A stretch of 52,205 nt of DNA. Source: an uncultured Smithella sp. GTDB lineage: Bacteria; Desulfobacterota; Syntrophia; Syntrophales; Smithellaceae. The translations under genes were made by a program, and so were the position numbers. The notes below the pieces were generated by a model. That model saw only the letters and a program-made list of their open reading frames with translations, did no database searches and was not told the DNA's origin. The stretch spans positions 1 through 52,205 of the forward strand of contig CAYZLL010000004.1 in assembly GCA_964479225.1 (NCBI GenBank). Direction: 5' to 3'. Of the stretch, positions 19,972-30,266 are shown piece by piece. The first letter of the stretch is position 1, and each line of letters starts with the position of its first letter.

Positions 19972-20412
19972 ATGTCTGTTTTCAGAGGTCAATATCATCA
20001 CACTATCGATGAAAAAGGAAGGATAATTTTTCCTTCCAAGTTTCGTGAAATATTCTCGGAAGAATACGAGAACAAGTTGGTGATTACAACCTGGGATCAA
20101 TACCTGATGGTTTTCCCCTATGATGAGTGGTTGATCATTGAAGAAAAAGTGGCGCATCAATCCAAACTGCGCAAGGAAGTCAGAGAGTTTCAGCGTTTCT
20201 TTATGTCCGGGGCAATGGATTGCAACATTGACGGACAGGGGCGTGTACTTATACCACCTGCTTTTCGTGAATATGCTCAACTGGAAAAAGATATTGTCCT
20301 GGTGGGTATGCAGAAGAACATTGAAATCTGGTCGAAGGTTCGTCACGAAGAATGGAGGAAGCGCGTGGAAATCGACAAATGTGCTGACATTATCGCTGAC
20401 CTGGGAATTTGA
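19972..20412 (+). CDS. mraZ: Transcriptional regulator MraZ
   Basis: MSVFRGQYHHTIDEKGRIIFPSKFRE plus a second SpoVT/AbrB-like repeat (DGQGRVLIPPAFRE). ATG 19972 has a GGAGGG RBS. The ORF-track start at 19903 falls on the promoter. Confidence 0.9.
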   Translation: MSVFRGQYHHTIDEKGRIIFPSKFREIFSEEYENKLVITTWDQYLMVFPYDEWLIIEEKVAHQSKLRKEVREFQRFFMSGAMDCNIDGQGRVLIPPAFREYAQLEKDIVLVGMQKNIEIWSKVRHEEWRKRVEIDKCADIIADLGI

Positions 20413-20417
20413 AAACC

Positions 20418-21353
20418 ATGATTACCGAGTTCTATCACGAGCCGGTAATGCTCAAAGAAGTTGTTGATTCGTTATTAGTCAGTAAAACGGGAGTGTATGT
20501 AGACGGCACAGTCGGTGGTACCGGTCATGCTTATGCCATACTGAAAGAAACCGAAGCTTTACTGGTGGGCATTGATTGCGATGAAGATGCCCTTCACTTT
20601 GCAGAACAACGACTGGCGGAATTCGGTTCGCGTAAAATTTTAGTAAAAGATAATTTTGCAAATTTAGACAATATACTGAAAAATTTAAATATAAAAAAAG
20701 TTGATGGGGTCCTTCTGGATTTAGGCGTTTCTTCCCGTCAACTGGATGCCTCGGAAAGAGGTTTTAGCTTCAGTCAGCAAGCGCCGCTCGATATGCGGAT
20801 GGATCGCAGTTTGAAACTGAGCGCTTATGATATTGTCAACACATTTACGCAAAGTGAACTGGAAAAAATTATCAGGCTTTACGGAGAAGAAAAAATGGCG
20901 GCAAGAATAGCCAGGACAATATCAAAAAGAAGGCGGGAAGCGCCGATCGGCACAACAACCGAACTCGCGGACATCGCCGCCTCCTGCATGCCTGCGAAAT
21001 TAAGGTGGCAAAAGATTCATCCGGCTACAAGAACTTTTCAGGCAATTCGGATTGCCGTTAACCAGGAACTCGATCATATCAAACCTGCCATTCATGCCGC
21101 CGCCGATGTTTTGAAACCGGGTGGCCGCCTTTGCGTTATTTCGTTTCATTCTCTTGAGGATCGAATCGTGAAGAATGAAATCCGTTCCCTGGAGGGGAAA
21201 TGCGTATGTCCTACGGATCTTCCGGTTTGTGTTTGTCAGAGAGAAGCGAAACTCAGGAATCTGTCGAGAAAACCTATTACGCCCTCGCCGGAAGAAATTC
21301 AATCCAATCCGCGGGCGCGCAGCGCTAAATTACGAGTGGCCGGGAGAATCTAA
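20418..21353 (+). CDS. rsmH: 16S rRNA (cytosine1402-N4)-methyltransferase
   Basis: HEPVML, DGTVGGTGH, LLDLGVSS and FHSLEDR motifs. ATG 20418 is preferred over TTG 20409. Confidence 0.9.
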   Translation: MITEFYHEPVMLKEVVDSLLVSKTGVYVDGTVGGTGHAYAILKETEALLVGIDCDEDALHFAEQRLAEFGSRKILVKDNFANLDNILKNLNIKKVDGVLLDLGVSSRQLDASERGFSFSQQAPLDMRMDRSLKLSAYDIVNTFTQSELEKIIRLYGEEKMAARIARTISKRRREAPIGTTTELADIAASCMPAKLRWQKIHPATRTFQAIRIAVNQELDHIKPAIHAAADVLKPGGRLCVISFHSLEDRIVKNEIRSLEGKCVCPTDLPVCVCQREAKLRNLSRKPITPSPEEIQSNPRARSAKLRVAGRI

Positions 21354-21701
21354 ATGGCACAGTCCGCTCAGTCTGTGGAAACAAGAGTGATGCCCCATCT
21401 CAAGGAAACTGAAGAAGTTTCGCTGGGAATCAAATATCCGACGTACATCATTTTCGCCGTCGTCCTGATGATGGTGGCTTTGATCTATGTGGGTTCACAC
21501 ATTCGCATGACGGAGCTGGAGTATCATATCGCGGCGGAAGTCAGTGAACAGCAACAAAAACTGGAAGAACAAAAAAAATTAAAACTGGAATTCGCAATGC
21601 TGAAATCACCGCAAAGGATTGAAAGTATTGTGAGCAGTAAATTGCAGATGACCTATCCGGATAACGCGCAAGTTATCCTCTTGAAACAACCGGGAGAATG
21701 A
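21354..21701 (+). CDS. ftsL: Cell division protein FtsL-like (single TM plus coiled coil)
   Basis: The gene sits between rsmH and ftsI. It has one TM helix (IIFAVVLMMVALIYVG) followed by a coiled-coil segment. Confidence 0.6.
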   Translation: MAQSAQSVETRVMPHLKETEEVSLGIKYPTYIIFAVVLMMVALIYVGSHIRMTELEYHIAAEVSEQQQKLEEQKKLKLEFAMLKSPQRIESIVSSKLQMTYPDNAQVILLKQPGE

Positions 21702-21702
21702 C

Positions 21703-23679
21703 ATGGGCACTGCGTCAAAAGAAAGACTGAAATTCAGAATCATCATGGTTTTGATGATTTTTCTTGTTTTATTTGTCGCGCTGATCTCCCGTGCTTTTCA
21801 GTTACAGGTTTTATCCGGCCAAAAGTTGAAAAAAATAGCGAACCGACAGCACACCACGGTGCTACAGTTACAGGCGGAAAGGGGAATCATTTATGATCGC
21901 AACGGTGAAAAACTGGCCATCTCCATCATGGCTGATTCCGTTTGTGCCGACCCTTCCAAAATCATTGACCCGGAAAAAACGTCGCGGCAGATAGCCAATA
22001 TGCTTGGACTGGCCAGAGAGGATGTTTTAAAAAAATTATCCGCGCCCAGAAGTTTCTGCTGGCTGGCCAGAAGAATTTCTCCGGAACAGTCCGCTTCAGT
22101 CCAAAATGCGGATATCGAAGGAATCTTTCTGGTGAAAGAACCGAAACGTTTTTATCCCAACGGGGAATTAGCTGCGCATTTGCTGGGATTTGTCGGTCTG
22201 GATGCCCATGGTCTGGAAGGATTGGAAAAAAAGTTTGATGACTCATTGAAGGGAAAACCGGACAAACTGGCCTGGGCGAGAGATGCGAAGGGTAAAAAAT
22301 TGTTACTGCGGGTTGGAAAAAATGAGACCCTCCAAGATGATACTGAAAATCTGGTTCTAACCATTGACAACAGGATTCAGTATCTTGTGGAAACCAACCT
22401 GAAAGAAGCTGTGCTGGACAAGGGCGCCAAGGGAGGGCTGGCCATCGTGATGGATCCCAAGACGGGAGAAATTCTGGCGCTGGCCAACCAGATGGGGTTC
22501 AATCCCAATAACGTCGCAGATCTCAAGCCGGAAAGATGGCGTAATCACGCTATTGCCGATTATTATGATCCGGGCTCGACCTTTAAGCCTTTTCTGGTTG
22601 CTGCGGCCATGGAAGAAAAAATCATCAGGGAATCAGACAGATTTTTCTGCGAAAACGGAAATTACAAAGTGGCGAACCGCGTTATTCACGAAGCGCAACG
22701 AAAACGTCATGGAACCTTAACGGTGAGAGAGATATTGAAATATTCCAGCAACATCGGTTCAGCCAAAATCGCTCAAAGAATGGGTAAAGAAAAATTCTAT
22801 CATTACATTCAAGATTTTGGTTTTGGATCAAGGACCGGCATCGATTTACCCAGTGAATCACCGGGCTTGGTGCGGCCGGTAAAAAATTGGGTGCCCGTTG
22901 ATACGGCCATGATCGCTTTCGGCCAGGGTATTTCCGTGACAGCGATTCAGTTAATTACAGCTTTTTCAGCCATCGCCAATGACGGCGTTTTGATGAAACC
23001 TTATATTGTCCGGGGTGTTGCCGACCAGAATAATCATCTCATCAAGCTTTATACACCCACCGTGGTGCGTAAAGTTGTTTCTCCCGGAACAGCGAAACGC
23101 CTTACCGCGATGCTGACGGATGTCGTTGGCGCTGAAGACGGCACGGGTAAAAACGCGAAAATGGACAATGTTGCCGTAGCCGGCAAGACCGGGACGTCCC
23201 AGAAATTCGATGCGACCCGCGGGGTGTATTCTTCAGAAAAAGTTCGCACGTCTTTTATCGGATTTTTCCCGGCGGACAATCCGCAGGTTGCGATACTCGT
23301 TATTCTTGATGAGCCCCAAAGAGACAAATGGGGAGGCGTCGCATCCGCGCCGGTCTTTAAAAAGATCGGAGAGCAGATACTCAATTGTTTCAAGACGGAT
23401 ATCCGGGAAACCCCGGTTTTAGAAAAAGATAAAATGGAGAAAGTGCAGCTGGTTTCGGCTCAGGAAACGATTGTGCCGCAAAGTGTTGTTGCCAGTGACG
23501 AACTCTCCATGCCTGATTTTACGGGATTGACGATCAGAGAAGCGATGAAAAAAGCAAAAGCTGAATCCATCGAACTGAAAGTATCCGGCAACGGTTGGGC
23601 TGTCCGTCAGTACCCGCCGGCGAACGCGCCGCTGGGCAATGATCGTTTATGCAATGTTGTTTTTGAATTAAATAATTGA
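21703..23679 (+). CDS. ftsI: Peptidoglycan D,D-transpeptidase FtsI (class B PBP) with C-terminal PASTA-like domain
   Basis: Transpeptidase motifs are present: STFKP (SxxK), SSN and KTGT. The last ~56 aa resemble PASTA (MPDFTGLTIREAMKKAKAESIELKVSGNGWAVRQYP). Confidence 0.9.
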   Translation: MGTASKERLKFRIIMVLMIFLVLFVALISRAFQLQVLSGQKLKKIANRQHTTVLQLQAERGIIYDRNGEKLAISIMADSVCADPSKIIDPEKTSRQIANMLGLAREDVLKKLSAPRSFCWLARRISPEQSASVQNADIEGIFLVKEPKRFYPNGELAAHLLGFVGLDAHGLEGLEKKFDDSLKGKPDKLAWARDAKGKKLLLRVGKNETLQDDTENLVLTIDNRIQYLVETNLKEAVLDKGAKGGLAIVMDPKTGEILALANQMGFNPNNVADLKPERWRNHAIADYYDPGSTFKPFLVAAAMEEKIIRESDRFFCENGNYKVANRVIHEAQRKRHGTLTVREILKYSSNIGSAKIAQRMGKEKFYHYIQDFGFGSRTGIDLPSESPGLVRPVKNWVPVDTAMIAFGQGISVTAIQLITAFSAIANDGVLMKPYIVRGVADQNNHLIKLYTPTVVRKVVSPGTAKRLTAMLTDVVGAEDGTGKNAKMDNVAVAGKTGTSQKFDATRGVYSSEKVRTSFIGFFPADNPQVAILVILDEPQRDKWGGVASAPVFKKIGEQILNCFKTDIRETPVLEKDKMEKVQLVSAQETIVPQSVVASDELSMPDFTGLTIREAMKKAKAESIELKVSGNGWAVRQYPPANAPLGNDRLCNVVFELNN

Positions 23680-23686
23680 GGTTCGC

Positions 23687-25216
23687 GTGCAACTGACTCG
23701 GGTCATGAAAGGATTGGACATCATCCATCAGACAGGAAAAACTGCGGAAGACGTTTCCGGAGTATTTTTTTCTGCAAATCAGTGTGTTGAAAATTCTCTT
23801 TTTGTCGCTATCAAAGGCCTGATGAATGACGGGCATGATTTTATTGATGACGCGATATCCAGAGGCGCAAAGTTTATTGTTTACGAACGGGATCGGCAGT
23901 TTCCATCGTCGGTAACGGCTCTGAAAGTATCCGACAGCCGTCGCGCTCTGGGTCTTATTGCCAGAAATTATTTTAACGATCCGTCGGCGCATCTCACACT
24001 GATGGCGGTTATGGGCACAAACGGAAAAACAACCATTTCTTACCTTCTGGAATCCATCCTGAAGGAAGCGGGCCTTCCCTGCGGCGTTCTGGGAACCATC
24101 AACTACCGTTACCATGATAAAACACGTCCGGCGCCCAACACCACTCCCGAATCTTATGAAATGCAGAGAATCATGCGCGACATGGCGGACGATGGCATTA
24201 CCCATGTTGTGTCCGAAGTGTCCTCTCATGCGGTGGATTTGAAGCGGGTGGATGACTGTGATTTTGATCTGGGTATTTTTACGAATCTCACGCGCGACCA
24301 TCTTGATTATCATTTGACGATGGAAAATTATTTTCAGGCCAAGAAAAGATTTTTCTCCGAAATCCTGCCGCAAAGCAGGAAGGTTCATCCGCAAAAAATG
24401 GTGATCAATGCCGATGATCCATGGGGGCAGAGAATTCTGAATGAGGTATCGCTGCCGGCGCTCACTTACGGAATGGAAGGTAACCAGGCCGTTAGACCGG
24501 TCCATTATGAATTATCCCTGAAAGGCATCCATGCGGAGATTAATCTGGCGGGAGACACTGTCTTCATCAAATCACCCCTCATCGGTAAATTTAATCTGTA
24601 CAATATTTTAGCCGCCATGGGAGCGGCTTTTATTTTACAAATTCCTGCCCCGGTTATTCAAAGAGGCATTGAAAAATTAGCCAACGTTCCGGGGCGGCTG
24701 GAGCCGGTGGTTTCTGCGCTCCCGTTCAATGTTTTTGTCGATTACGCGCACACGGACGATGCTTTAAGGCGGGTTCTGCAGACGCTCAATGATCTCAGAA
24801 GAAAAAGAATTATTACCGTTTTCGGCTGTGGTGGAAACAGAGACAGGGGCAAGCGACCTTTGATGGGAGAAGCGGCTGTCACGTACAGCGATTTAACCAT
24901 TGTCACGTCCGACAATCCCCGGCTGGAGGATCCACTGGAGATCATCGCTGAAATAGAAACGGGCATTGACAGTAGCAAAGTCAGAAAAGTGGAAGCGGTC
25001 CCATTGCAATTAAACAGCGAACACAGCTTATACATTGTCATTCCGGACAGACGCAAAGCGATTGAAGCCGCGATCGGTGCGGCTGAAAAAGACGATATCA
25101 TTCTTATTGCAGGTAAGGGCCATGAGGATTACCAGATTCTGGGAACGGAAAAAATATCTTTTGATGATCGTGTCGTGGCCCGGAAGATTTTAGAATCAAG
25201 GAGTGGATGTAAATAA
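23687..25216 (+). CDS. murE: UDP-N-acetylmuramoyl-L-alanyl-D-glutamate--2,6-diaminopimelate ligase
   Basis: Mur ligase P-loop GTNGKTT, DNPR motif (SDNPRLEDP), GKGHE. Position in the dcw cluster fits. GTG start; ATG 23705 is an alternative. Confidence 0.9.
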   Translation: MQLTRVMKGLDIIHQTGKTAEDVSGVFFSANQCVENSLFVAIKGLMNDGHDFIDDAISRGAKFIVYERDRQFPSSVTALKVSDSRRALGLIARNYFNDPSAHLTLMAVMGTNGKTTISYLLESILKEAGLPCGVLGTINYRYHDKTRPAPNTTPESYEMQRIMRDMADDGITHVVSEVSSHAVDLKRVDDCDFDLGIFTNLTRDHLDYHLTMENYFQAKKRFFSEILPQSRKVHPQKMVINADDPWGQRILNEVSLPALTYGMEGNQAVRPVHYELSLKGIHAEINLAGDTVFIKSPLIGKFNLYNILAAMGAAFILQIPAPVIQRGIEKLANVPGRLEPVVSALPFNVFVDYAHTDDALRRVLQTLNDLRRKRIITVFGCGGNRDRGKRPLMGEAAVTYSDLTIVTSDNPRLEDPLEIIAEIETGIDSSKVRKVEAVPLQLNSEHSLYIVIPDRRKAIEAAIGAAEKDDIILIAGKGHEDYQILGTEKISFDDRVVARKILESRSGCK

Positions 25217-26669
25217 ATTCATGATCAAGGAATCGCCTGTCATTTCAGTAACTGAAGTATTGCAAGCAACGTTCGGAACTTTAATTTCCGGAACGGCGGA
25301 AACGATCTTTCAGGGCATCTCCACCGATTCCCGCCTGATTCAAAAAGGGAATCTTTTTGTTGCCCTCAAAGGTGAAAAGTTTGATGGACATGATTTTATC
25401 GAAAGAGCGATCCGGGCAGGTGTTGCGGGACTTCTGATTCAGGATGAAGCAAAAATCAGTCGCAAAGGGTCGGATAAAAAAACAGCCATCATAAAGGTCG
25501 AGGACACCCTGTTTGCGCTGGGAGAACTGGCTTGTCACTGGAGAAAAAAGTTTTCCATTCCGGTCATCGGATTAACCGGTTCTTCCGGAAAGACAACCAC
25601 AAAGGAAATGATTGCGGCCATTACGAGCCGTGTGAAAACAACTTTAAAAACAGAAGGCAATCTTAACAATTTGATTGGATTGCCGCAGACGATCTTTCGT
25701 CTGACCGACCAGGACGAACTGGCGATTCTGGAAATGGGCACGAATACCCGGGGAGAAATCAAAAGACTGACCCAGATCGCCGACCCCGACATTGGATTGA
25801 TTACCAACATCGGTCCGGCACACCTGGCGGGGTTCGGTTCCATGGCTGTTGTCCGAGACGAGAAGAGTGATTTATTTTTCAATATGTCGCCTTCGGGAAC
25901 CGCGGTGATTAATCTGGATGATGAATTGATCACGGAAACCGCAGAGCAATGGAACGGAAAGAAAGTAACGTTCAGCATGAGCCCCAACGCTGATGTTACG
26001 GTGACGGATATCGAAAAGAACGGGCCGAAGGGAATGCGCTTTCATCTGGTGATGGGCGGTCAGACTCAGAAAACGGACATAAAGATTGTCGGTCTGCATC
26101 ATGTCCATAACGCCATGGCGGCTGCGGCCACGGCATTTGCCGCCGGGGTGGATATCCGGACGATCTCCGAAGGACTGGGCGCGTTCCGGCCGTTCAGCGG
26201 TCGCATGGAAATCATCAAACTGCGCAACGGGGCTTTTCTGATTGACGATTCTTATAATGCCAACCCCGCTTCCGTGAGGGAGGCGCTGATGGCGCTGAAA
26301 GATTTGAAAGCAAATCATCCTGCTTACGTTTTTTTGGGTGACATGCTGGAATTGGGAGAGCAGTCTGAAGAAATGCATAGAAAAATAGGGATGCTGATGG
26401 CAACGATCGGCGTCCATGCTCTGTTCCTGCGAGGGGCTTTTGCCGCGGTAACGGCTGCCGGAGCCAGGGAAGGAGGCTTGTCGCCGGATCATATTTTCTT
26501 TCTGTCGGAGCAGGATAACGGCCTTGTTTACTTGAAAGAACGTTTGAAAAAGGGAGACTGGATTCTGATCAAAGGTTCACGGGGAATGAAGATGGAAAGA
26601 ATCGTGTCTCAAATATGCGATCATTTTGGTTCAGATCAAACAAGTGAAAACAGTAAAATGATTGATTAG
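25203..26669 (+). CDS. murF: UDP-N-acetylmuramoyl-tripeptide--D-alanyl-D-alanine ligase
   Basis: [12 protein letters not shown]-loop and DDSYNANP motif. Either GTG 25203 or ATG 25221 could be the start. Confidence 0.9.
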   Translation: MDVNKFMIKESPVISVTEVLQATFGTLISGTAETIFQGISTDSRLIQKGNLFVALKGEKFDGHDFIERAIRAGVAGLLIQDEAKISRKGSDKKTAIIKVEDTLFALGELACHWRKKFSIPVIGLTGSSGKTTTKEMIAAITSRVKTTLKTEGNLNNLIGLPQTIFRLTDQDELAILEMGTNTRGEIKRLTQIADPDIGLITNIGPAHLAGFGSMAVVRDEKSDLFFNMSPSGTAVINLDDELITETAEQWNGKKVTFSMSPNADVTVTDIEKNGPKGMRFHLVMGGQTQKTDIKIVGLHHVHNAMAAAATAFAAGVDIRTISEGLGAFRPFSGRMEIIKLRNGAFLIDDSYNANPASVREALMALKDLKANHPAYVFLGDMLELGEQSEEMHRKIGMLMATIGVHALFLRGAFAAVTAAGAREGGLSPDHIFFLSEQDNGLVYLKERLKKGDWILIKGSRGMKMERIVSQICDHFGSDQTSENSKMID

Positions 26670-26686
26670 CCGGGAGTGAATTTAAA

Positions 26687-27766
26687 TTGATTTACCATTT
26701 ATTATATCCGTTACACACAACGATTTCGTTTTTTAACGTGTTTCGTTATATCACGTTTCGGACTATTTTCGCTTCCATTACGGCGCTGCTGATTTGCCTT
26801 ATTTTCGGAAAATGGATGATTCAAAAATTGCAGCAAATGCAAATCGGTCAGCAGATTCGGGAAGACGGGCCGCAAAGCCATCTGGTAAAGAAGGGAACGC
26901 CGACCATGGGCGGCCTGTTAATTATCTTTGCCGTGGTGATTTCCACGTTCCTCTGGGCCAATCTGTCCGTGACGTATGTCTGGCTGGTTTTGCTGGTAAC
27001 CGCAGGATTCGGATTAATCGGCTTTATTGATGATTACAGCAAACTCGCCGGAAAGAGTTCCAGGGGGATTCCCGGCAAAACAAGATTGATCGCTGAAATC
27101 ATTATCGCTTTATTCGTTAGTGTCATTCTTTATTTGAAACCGGAATTTAATCTGCACGTGACGATTCCCTTTTTCAAAACGATTTTACCTGATATCGGCT
27201 GGGGCTATATTTTCCTATCCACTTTCATTATCGTGGGATCGGCCAATGCTGTCAATTTAACAGACGGTTTGGATGGATTGGCGATTGGACCGGCCGTTAT
27301 CTGTTTTGCCACGTACATTTTGTTCGCCTATTTTTCCGGCAATATCAAGGTGGCGTCGTATTTGCGCGTTCCCTACATTCCCGGCGCCGGCGAACTGGCT
27401 GTATTTTGCGGAGCGCTGGTCGGGGCAGGGCTGGGCTTTCTCTGGTTCAATGCTTATCCGGCGGAAGTGTTCATGGGAGATGTCGGTTCGCTTTCGTTGG
27501 GCGGAGCCCTGGGGACAGTGGCCGTCATTACGAAACAGGAAATTCTGTTGGCCATTGTAGGAGGCATCTTTGTGGTGGAAACCTTTTCGGTCATTGCTCA
27601 GGTGGGTTATTTTAAGATGACCGGCGGGAAACGGATCCTGCGGATGGCTCCCCTGCATCATCATTTTGAATTGAAGGGCTGGGCGGAACCAAAAGTCATT
27701 GTCCGGTTCTGGATTATTTCGATATTGCTGGCTTTGCTGGCCATCAGTACGTTGAAGTTAAGGTAG
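26687..27766 (+). CDS. mraY: Phospho-N-acetylmuramoyl-pentapeptide transferase
   Basis: Polytopic membrane protein with [22 protein letters not shown] and PLHHHFE motifs. TTG start. Confidence 0.92.
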   Translation: MIYHLLYPLHTTISFFNVFRYITFRTIFASITALLICLIFGKWMIQKLQQMQIGQQIREDGPQSHLVKKGTPTMGGLLIIFAVVISTFLWANLSVTYVWLVLLVTAGFGLIGFIDDYSKLAGKSSRGIPGKTRLIAEIIIALFVSVILYLKPEFNLHVTIPFFKTILPDIGWGYIFLSTFIIVGSANAVNLTDGLDGLAIGPAVICFATYILFAYFSGNIKVASYLRVPYIPGAGELAVFCGALVGAGLGFLWFNAYPAEVFMGDVGSLSLGGALGTVAVITKQEILLAIVGGIFVVETFSVIAQVGYFKMTGGKRILRMAPLHHHFELKGWAEPKVIVRFWIISILLALLAISTLKLR

Positions 27767-27770
27767 CTTA

Positions 27771-29117
27771 ATGGATTTTAGAAGCAAAAAAATAGTCGTG
27801 ATCGGCATGGGTAAAACCGGCAGTGCTGTCGCTGGATTTCTGGGCAGGCAGGGCGCGAACGTCATCGTGACGGATGAAAAATCGCCGGATCAATGGGGTG
27901 ATGCATACAGCCAGATTGCCCAAGAAAAATGGCTGGAGACAGGCGACTATCACAATGTCAATATTTTAAATGGCGCAACGATGGTGGTTCCTTCTCCGGG
28001 GATCCCTCCGAACAATCCATTGCTGCTCGAAGCTTTGAAGAAAAATATCAGCGTGGTCAGTGAAATTGAACTGGCCTACCGGTTGATCAAGGTTCCGATC
28101 ATTGCCGTGACCGGCACCAATGGCAAAACGACCACCACGACACTTTTAGGAAAAATTCTGCAGCATTCCGGGAAGAAAGTATTTGTCGGCGGCAATATCG
28201 GCAATCCCCTGATCGAATATGCGGAAACAGCTCAGCAGGATGATTTTATTGTGGCGGAAATCAGCAGTTTCCAACTGCAGTGGATACAGCAATTCCAGCC
28301 GTTCATTGCTGTGCTTTTGAATATTACATGCGACCACATCAACTATCACGGTTCGCTTGACGAATACCGCCGCGTCAAGGCCAGTGTGTTTGCCCGTCAG
28401 ACCCAAAATAATTTTGCCATTCTGAACGCTGAAGATCAGGAGCAGAAAGGGATAGCGGAATCGATCAACGCCCGGGTCTGCCAATTCAGTTCCAAAAATC
28501 TTTTGCCGGAAGGCATCTTTGTCCGGAATGAAAAAATTGTTTTGAAAATTCCACCCGTGGCCGAAGAAAGTTATCCTTTGGACATGATTCGTCTGCCGGG
28601 TGCCCATAATGTCGAAAATGTGATGGCGGCGATCATGGCGGCGCGTCTTTGCGGCTGTTCCTGTGAAGATATCATCGCGTCGATCCAGGCTTTCCGCGGA
28701 TTGCCGCACCGCATTGAATTTGCGGGAGAAAAAAAATCAGTCAAATTTTACGATGATTCCAAGGGAACTAACGTCGGGTCGGTACTGCGGGCGTTGGAGA
28801 CTTTTGAGCAACCGGTGATTTTACTTTTAGGCGGTCGGGATAAAGATGGAGATTTTGAAACCTTGCGGCCCTTATTGAAAACAAAAACCAAACAAGTGAT
28901 TTTATTCGGCGAAGCGCGGGAGCGCATCGCTTCGCTAATCACAGCAGATCAACCGCTCGTGAAAAAGAGTAAATTAAAAGAAGCCGTGGAGAGCGCTTAT
29001 CGTAGCGCAGAAGCCGGTGATATCGTTTTGCTGTCGCCCGGTTGCGCCAGTTTTGATGAATTTGCCAATTATAAGGAAAGAGGGAATTATTTTAAGGAAG
29101 TGGTGAGGAATCTGTAA
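27771..29117 (+). CDS. murD: UDP-N-acetylmuramoylalanine--D-glutamate ligase
   Basis: N-terminal GMGKTG Rossmann motif, GTNGKTTTT P-loop, DDSKGTN. Confidence 0.9.
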   Translation: MDFRSKKIVVIGMGKTGSAVAGFLGRQGANVIVTDEKSPDQWGDAYSQIAQEKWLETGDYHNVNILNGATMVVPSPGIPPNNPLLLEALKKNISVVSEIELAYRLIKVPIIAVTGTNGKTTTTTLLGKILQHSGKKVFVGGNIGNPLIEYAETAQQDDFIVAEISSFQLQWIQQFQPFIAVLLNITCDHINYHGSLDEYRRVKASVFARQTQNNFAILNAEDQEQKGIAESINARVCQFSSKNLLPEGIFVRNEKIVLKIPPVAEESYPLDMIRLPGAHNVENVMAAIMAARLCGCSCEDIIASIQAFRGLPHRIEFAGEKKSVKFYDDSKGTNVGSVLRALETFEQPVILLLGGRDKDGDFETLRPLLKTKTKQVILFGEARERIASLITADQPLVKKSKLKEAVESAYRSAEAGDIVLLSPGCASFDEFANYKERGNYFKEVVRNL

Positions 29118-30227
29118 ATGGAAGCCGCGTATAAAAAAGAGGATAGAATACCGGACGTTATCCTTCTTTTGGTGACACTGTTTCTGGTGGTGGTTGGTAC
29201 GGCGATGATTTATTCGTCCAGTTCCATTATTGCGCTGGAGAAATTCAAGGACAGTCAGTTTTTTTTAAAGAAACAACTGGCGTTTGTTTTCCTGGGATTG
29301 ATTTCCATGATTATCATGACCAAGCTCCCTTATGGATATTTAAGAAAATTAGCTTATCCCGGTATCCTGCTGTCTTTCGTGTTATTGACGATGCTGTTTA
29401 TCCCTTCTGTAGGCATGAAGCGCGGGGGAGCAACCCGCTGGTTGAATTTAGGAGGATTTTCTTTTCAGGTTACCGAGATGGTCAAGATTACGATGGTGCT
29501 ATTTCTGGCTCATTTGTTGACGCGCAAAGCTTACCAGATTACCAACTTTACCAAGGGAATTCTGGTGCCTTTGGGCGTGACAGCCGCCGTTATTCTGCTG
29601 ATTCTGCTGGAACCGGATTTCGGAACATCAGCGATTATCGCCACCATTTTGCTGATGATGTTGTGCATCGCGGGAGCGCAGATGAAACATCTTTTTTGTC
29701 TGGTCGGGGCCTTCATTCCCATTGGTGTCGCGCTGATTTTATATAAGGGATACCGACTGACGCGCTTAACCGCTTTTCTGGATCCCTGGAAGGATGCGGA
29801 TAATACGGGTTTTCAGATTATCCAGTCGCTGATTTCTTTCGGTTCCGGGGGGGCCTTCGGCGTGGGCATTGGCGACGGCATGCAGAAGTTATTTTATCTG
29901 CCCGAGCCGCATACGGACTTCATTCTTTCCATCATTGCCGAGGAAAGCGGCTTTATCGGTGTGGCGATCGTCATCATCCTGTTTGCGCTTTTTGCTTTTC
30001 GCGGTTTTGTTATTGCATTAAGAGCGCCTGATCTTTTCGGGACGTTATTGGCAGCCGGTCTGACGATGGTGATTTCTCTGGAAGCTTTCATCAATATTGC
30101 CGGTGTAATGGGATTGATTCCTTTGAAGGGGCTGGTACTGCCTTTCTTAAGTTACGGCGGTACGGCGTTTATTATGAGTATGACGGCGGTGGGCATTCTG
30201 TTGAATATTTCCACCCAGACGTCATAA
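29118..30227 (+). CDS. ftsW: Peptidoglycan glycosyltransferase FtsW (SEDS family)
   Basis: Polytopic SEDS sequence (LPEPHTDFI, LSYGGT). The gene lies between murD and murG. Confidence 0.88.
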   Translation: MEAAYKKEDRIPDVILLLVTLFLVVVGTAMIYSSSSIIALEKFKDSQFFLKKQLAFVFLGLISMIIMTKLPYGYLRKLAYPGILLSFVLLTMLFIPSVGMKRGGATRWLNLGGFSFQVTEMVKITMVLFLAHLLTRKAYQITNFTKGILVPLGVTAAVILLILLEPDFGTSAIIATILLMMLCIAGAQMKHLFCLVGAFIPIGVALILYKGYRLTRLTAFLDPWKDADNTGFQIIQSLISFGSGGAFGVGIGDGMQKLFYLPEPHTDFILSIIAEESGFIGVAIVIILFALFAFRGFVIALRAPDLFGTLLAAGLTMVISLEAFINIAGVMGLIPLKGLVLPFLSYGGTAFIMSMTAVGILLNISTQTS

Positions 30228-30266
30228 GGGTATTTTCGGTAGGTTTGATTTGATGCGGAGAAAAAG

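Noticed and set aside
21355-21371. A TGGCAC hexamer examined as a possible sigma54 -24 element, prompted by the NtrC-type regulator in the window.
   Set aside because: The expected TTGC is missing 5 nt downstream (the sequence reads TGGCAC-agtcc-GCTC). The site also lies on the ftsL start codon inside an operon.
23534-24505. A long 323-aa ORF antisense to murE. Similar antisense ORFs occur at 576..1331, 19495..20346, 25872..26492, 31924..32484, 34595..35083 and 41208..41807.
   Set aside because: Each lies opposite a strongly recognisable conserved gene. Their composition is Arg/Ser/Gly/His-rich with no motif I recognise, and they lack RBSs. These are typical shadow ORFs.
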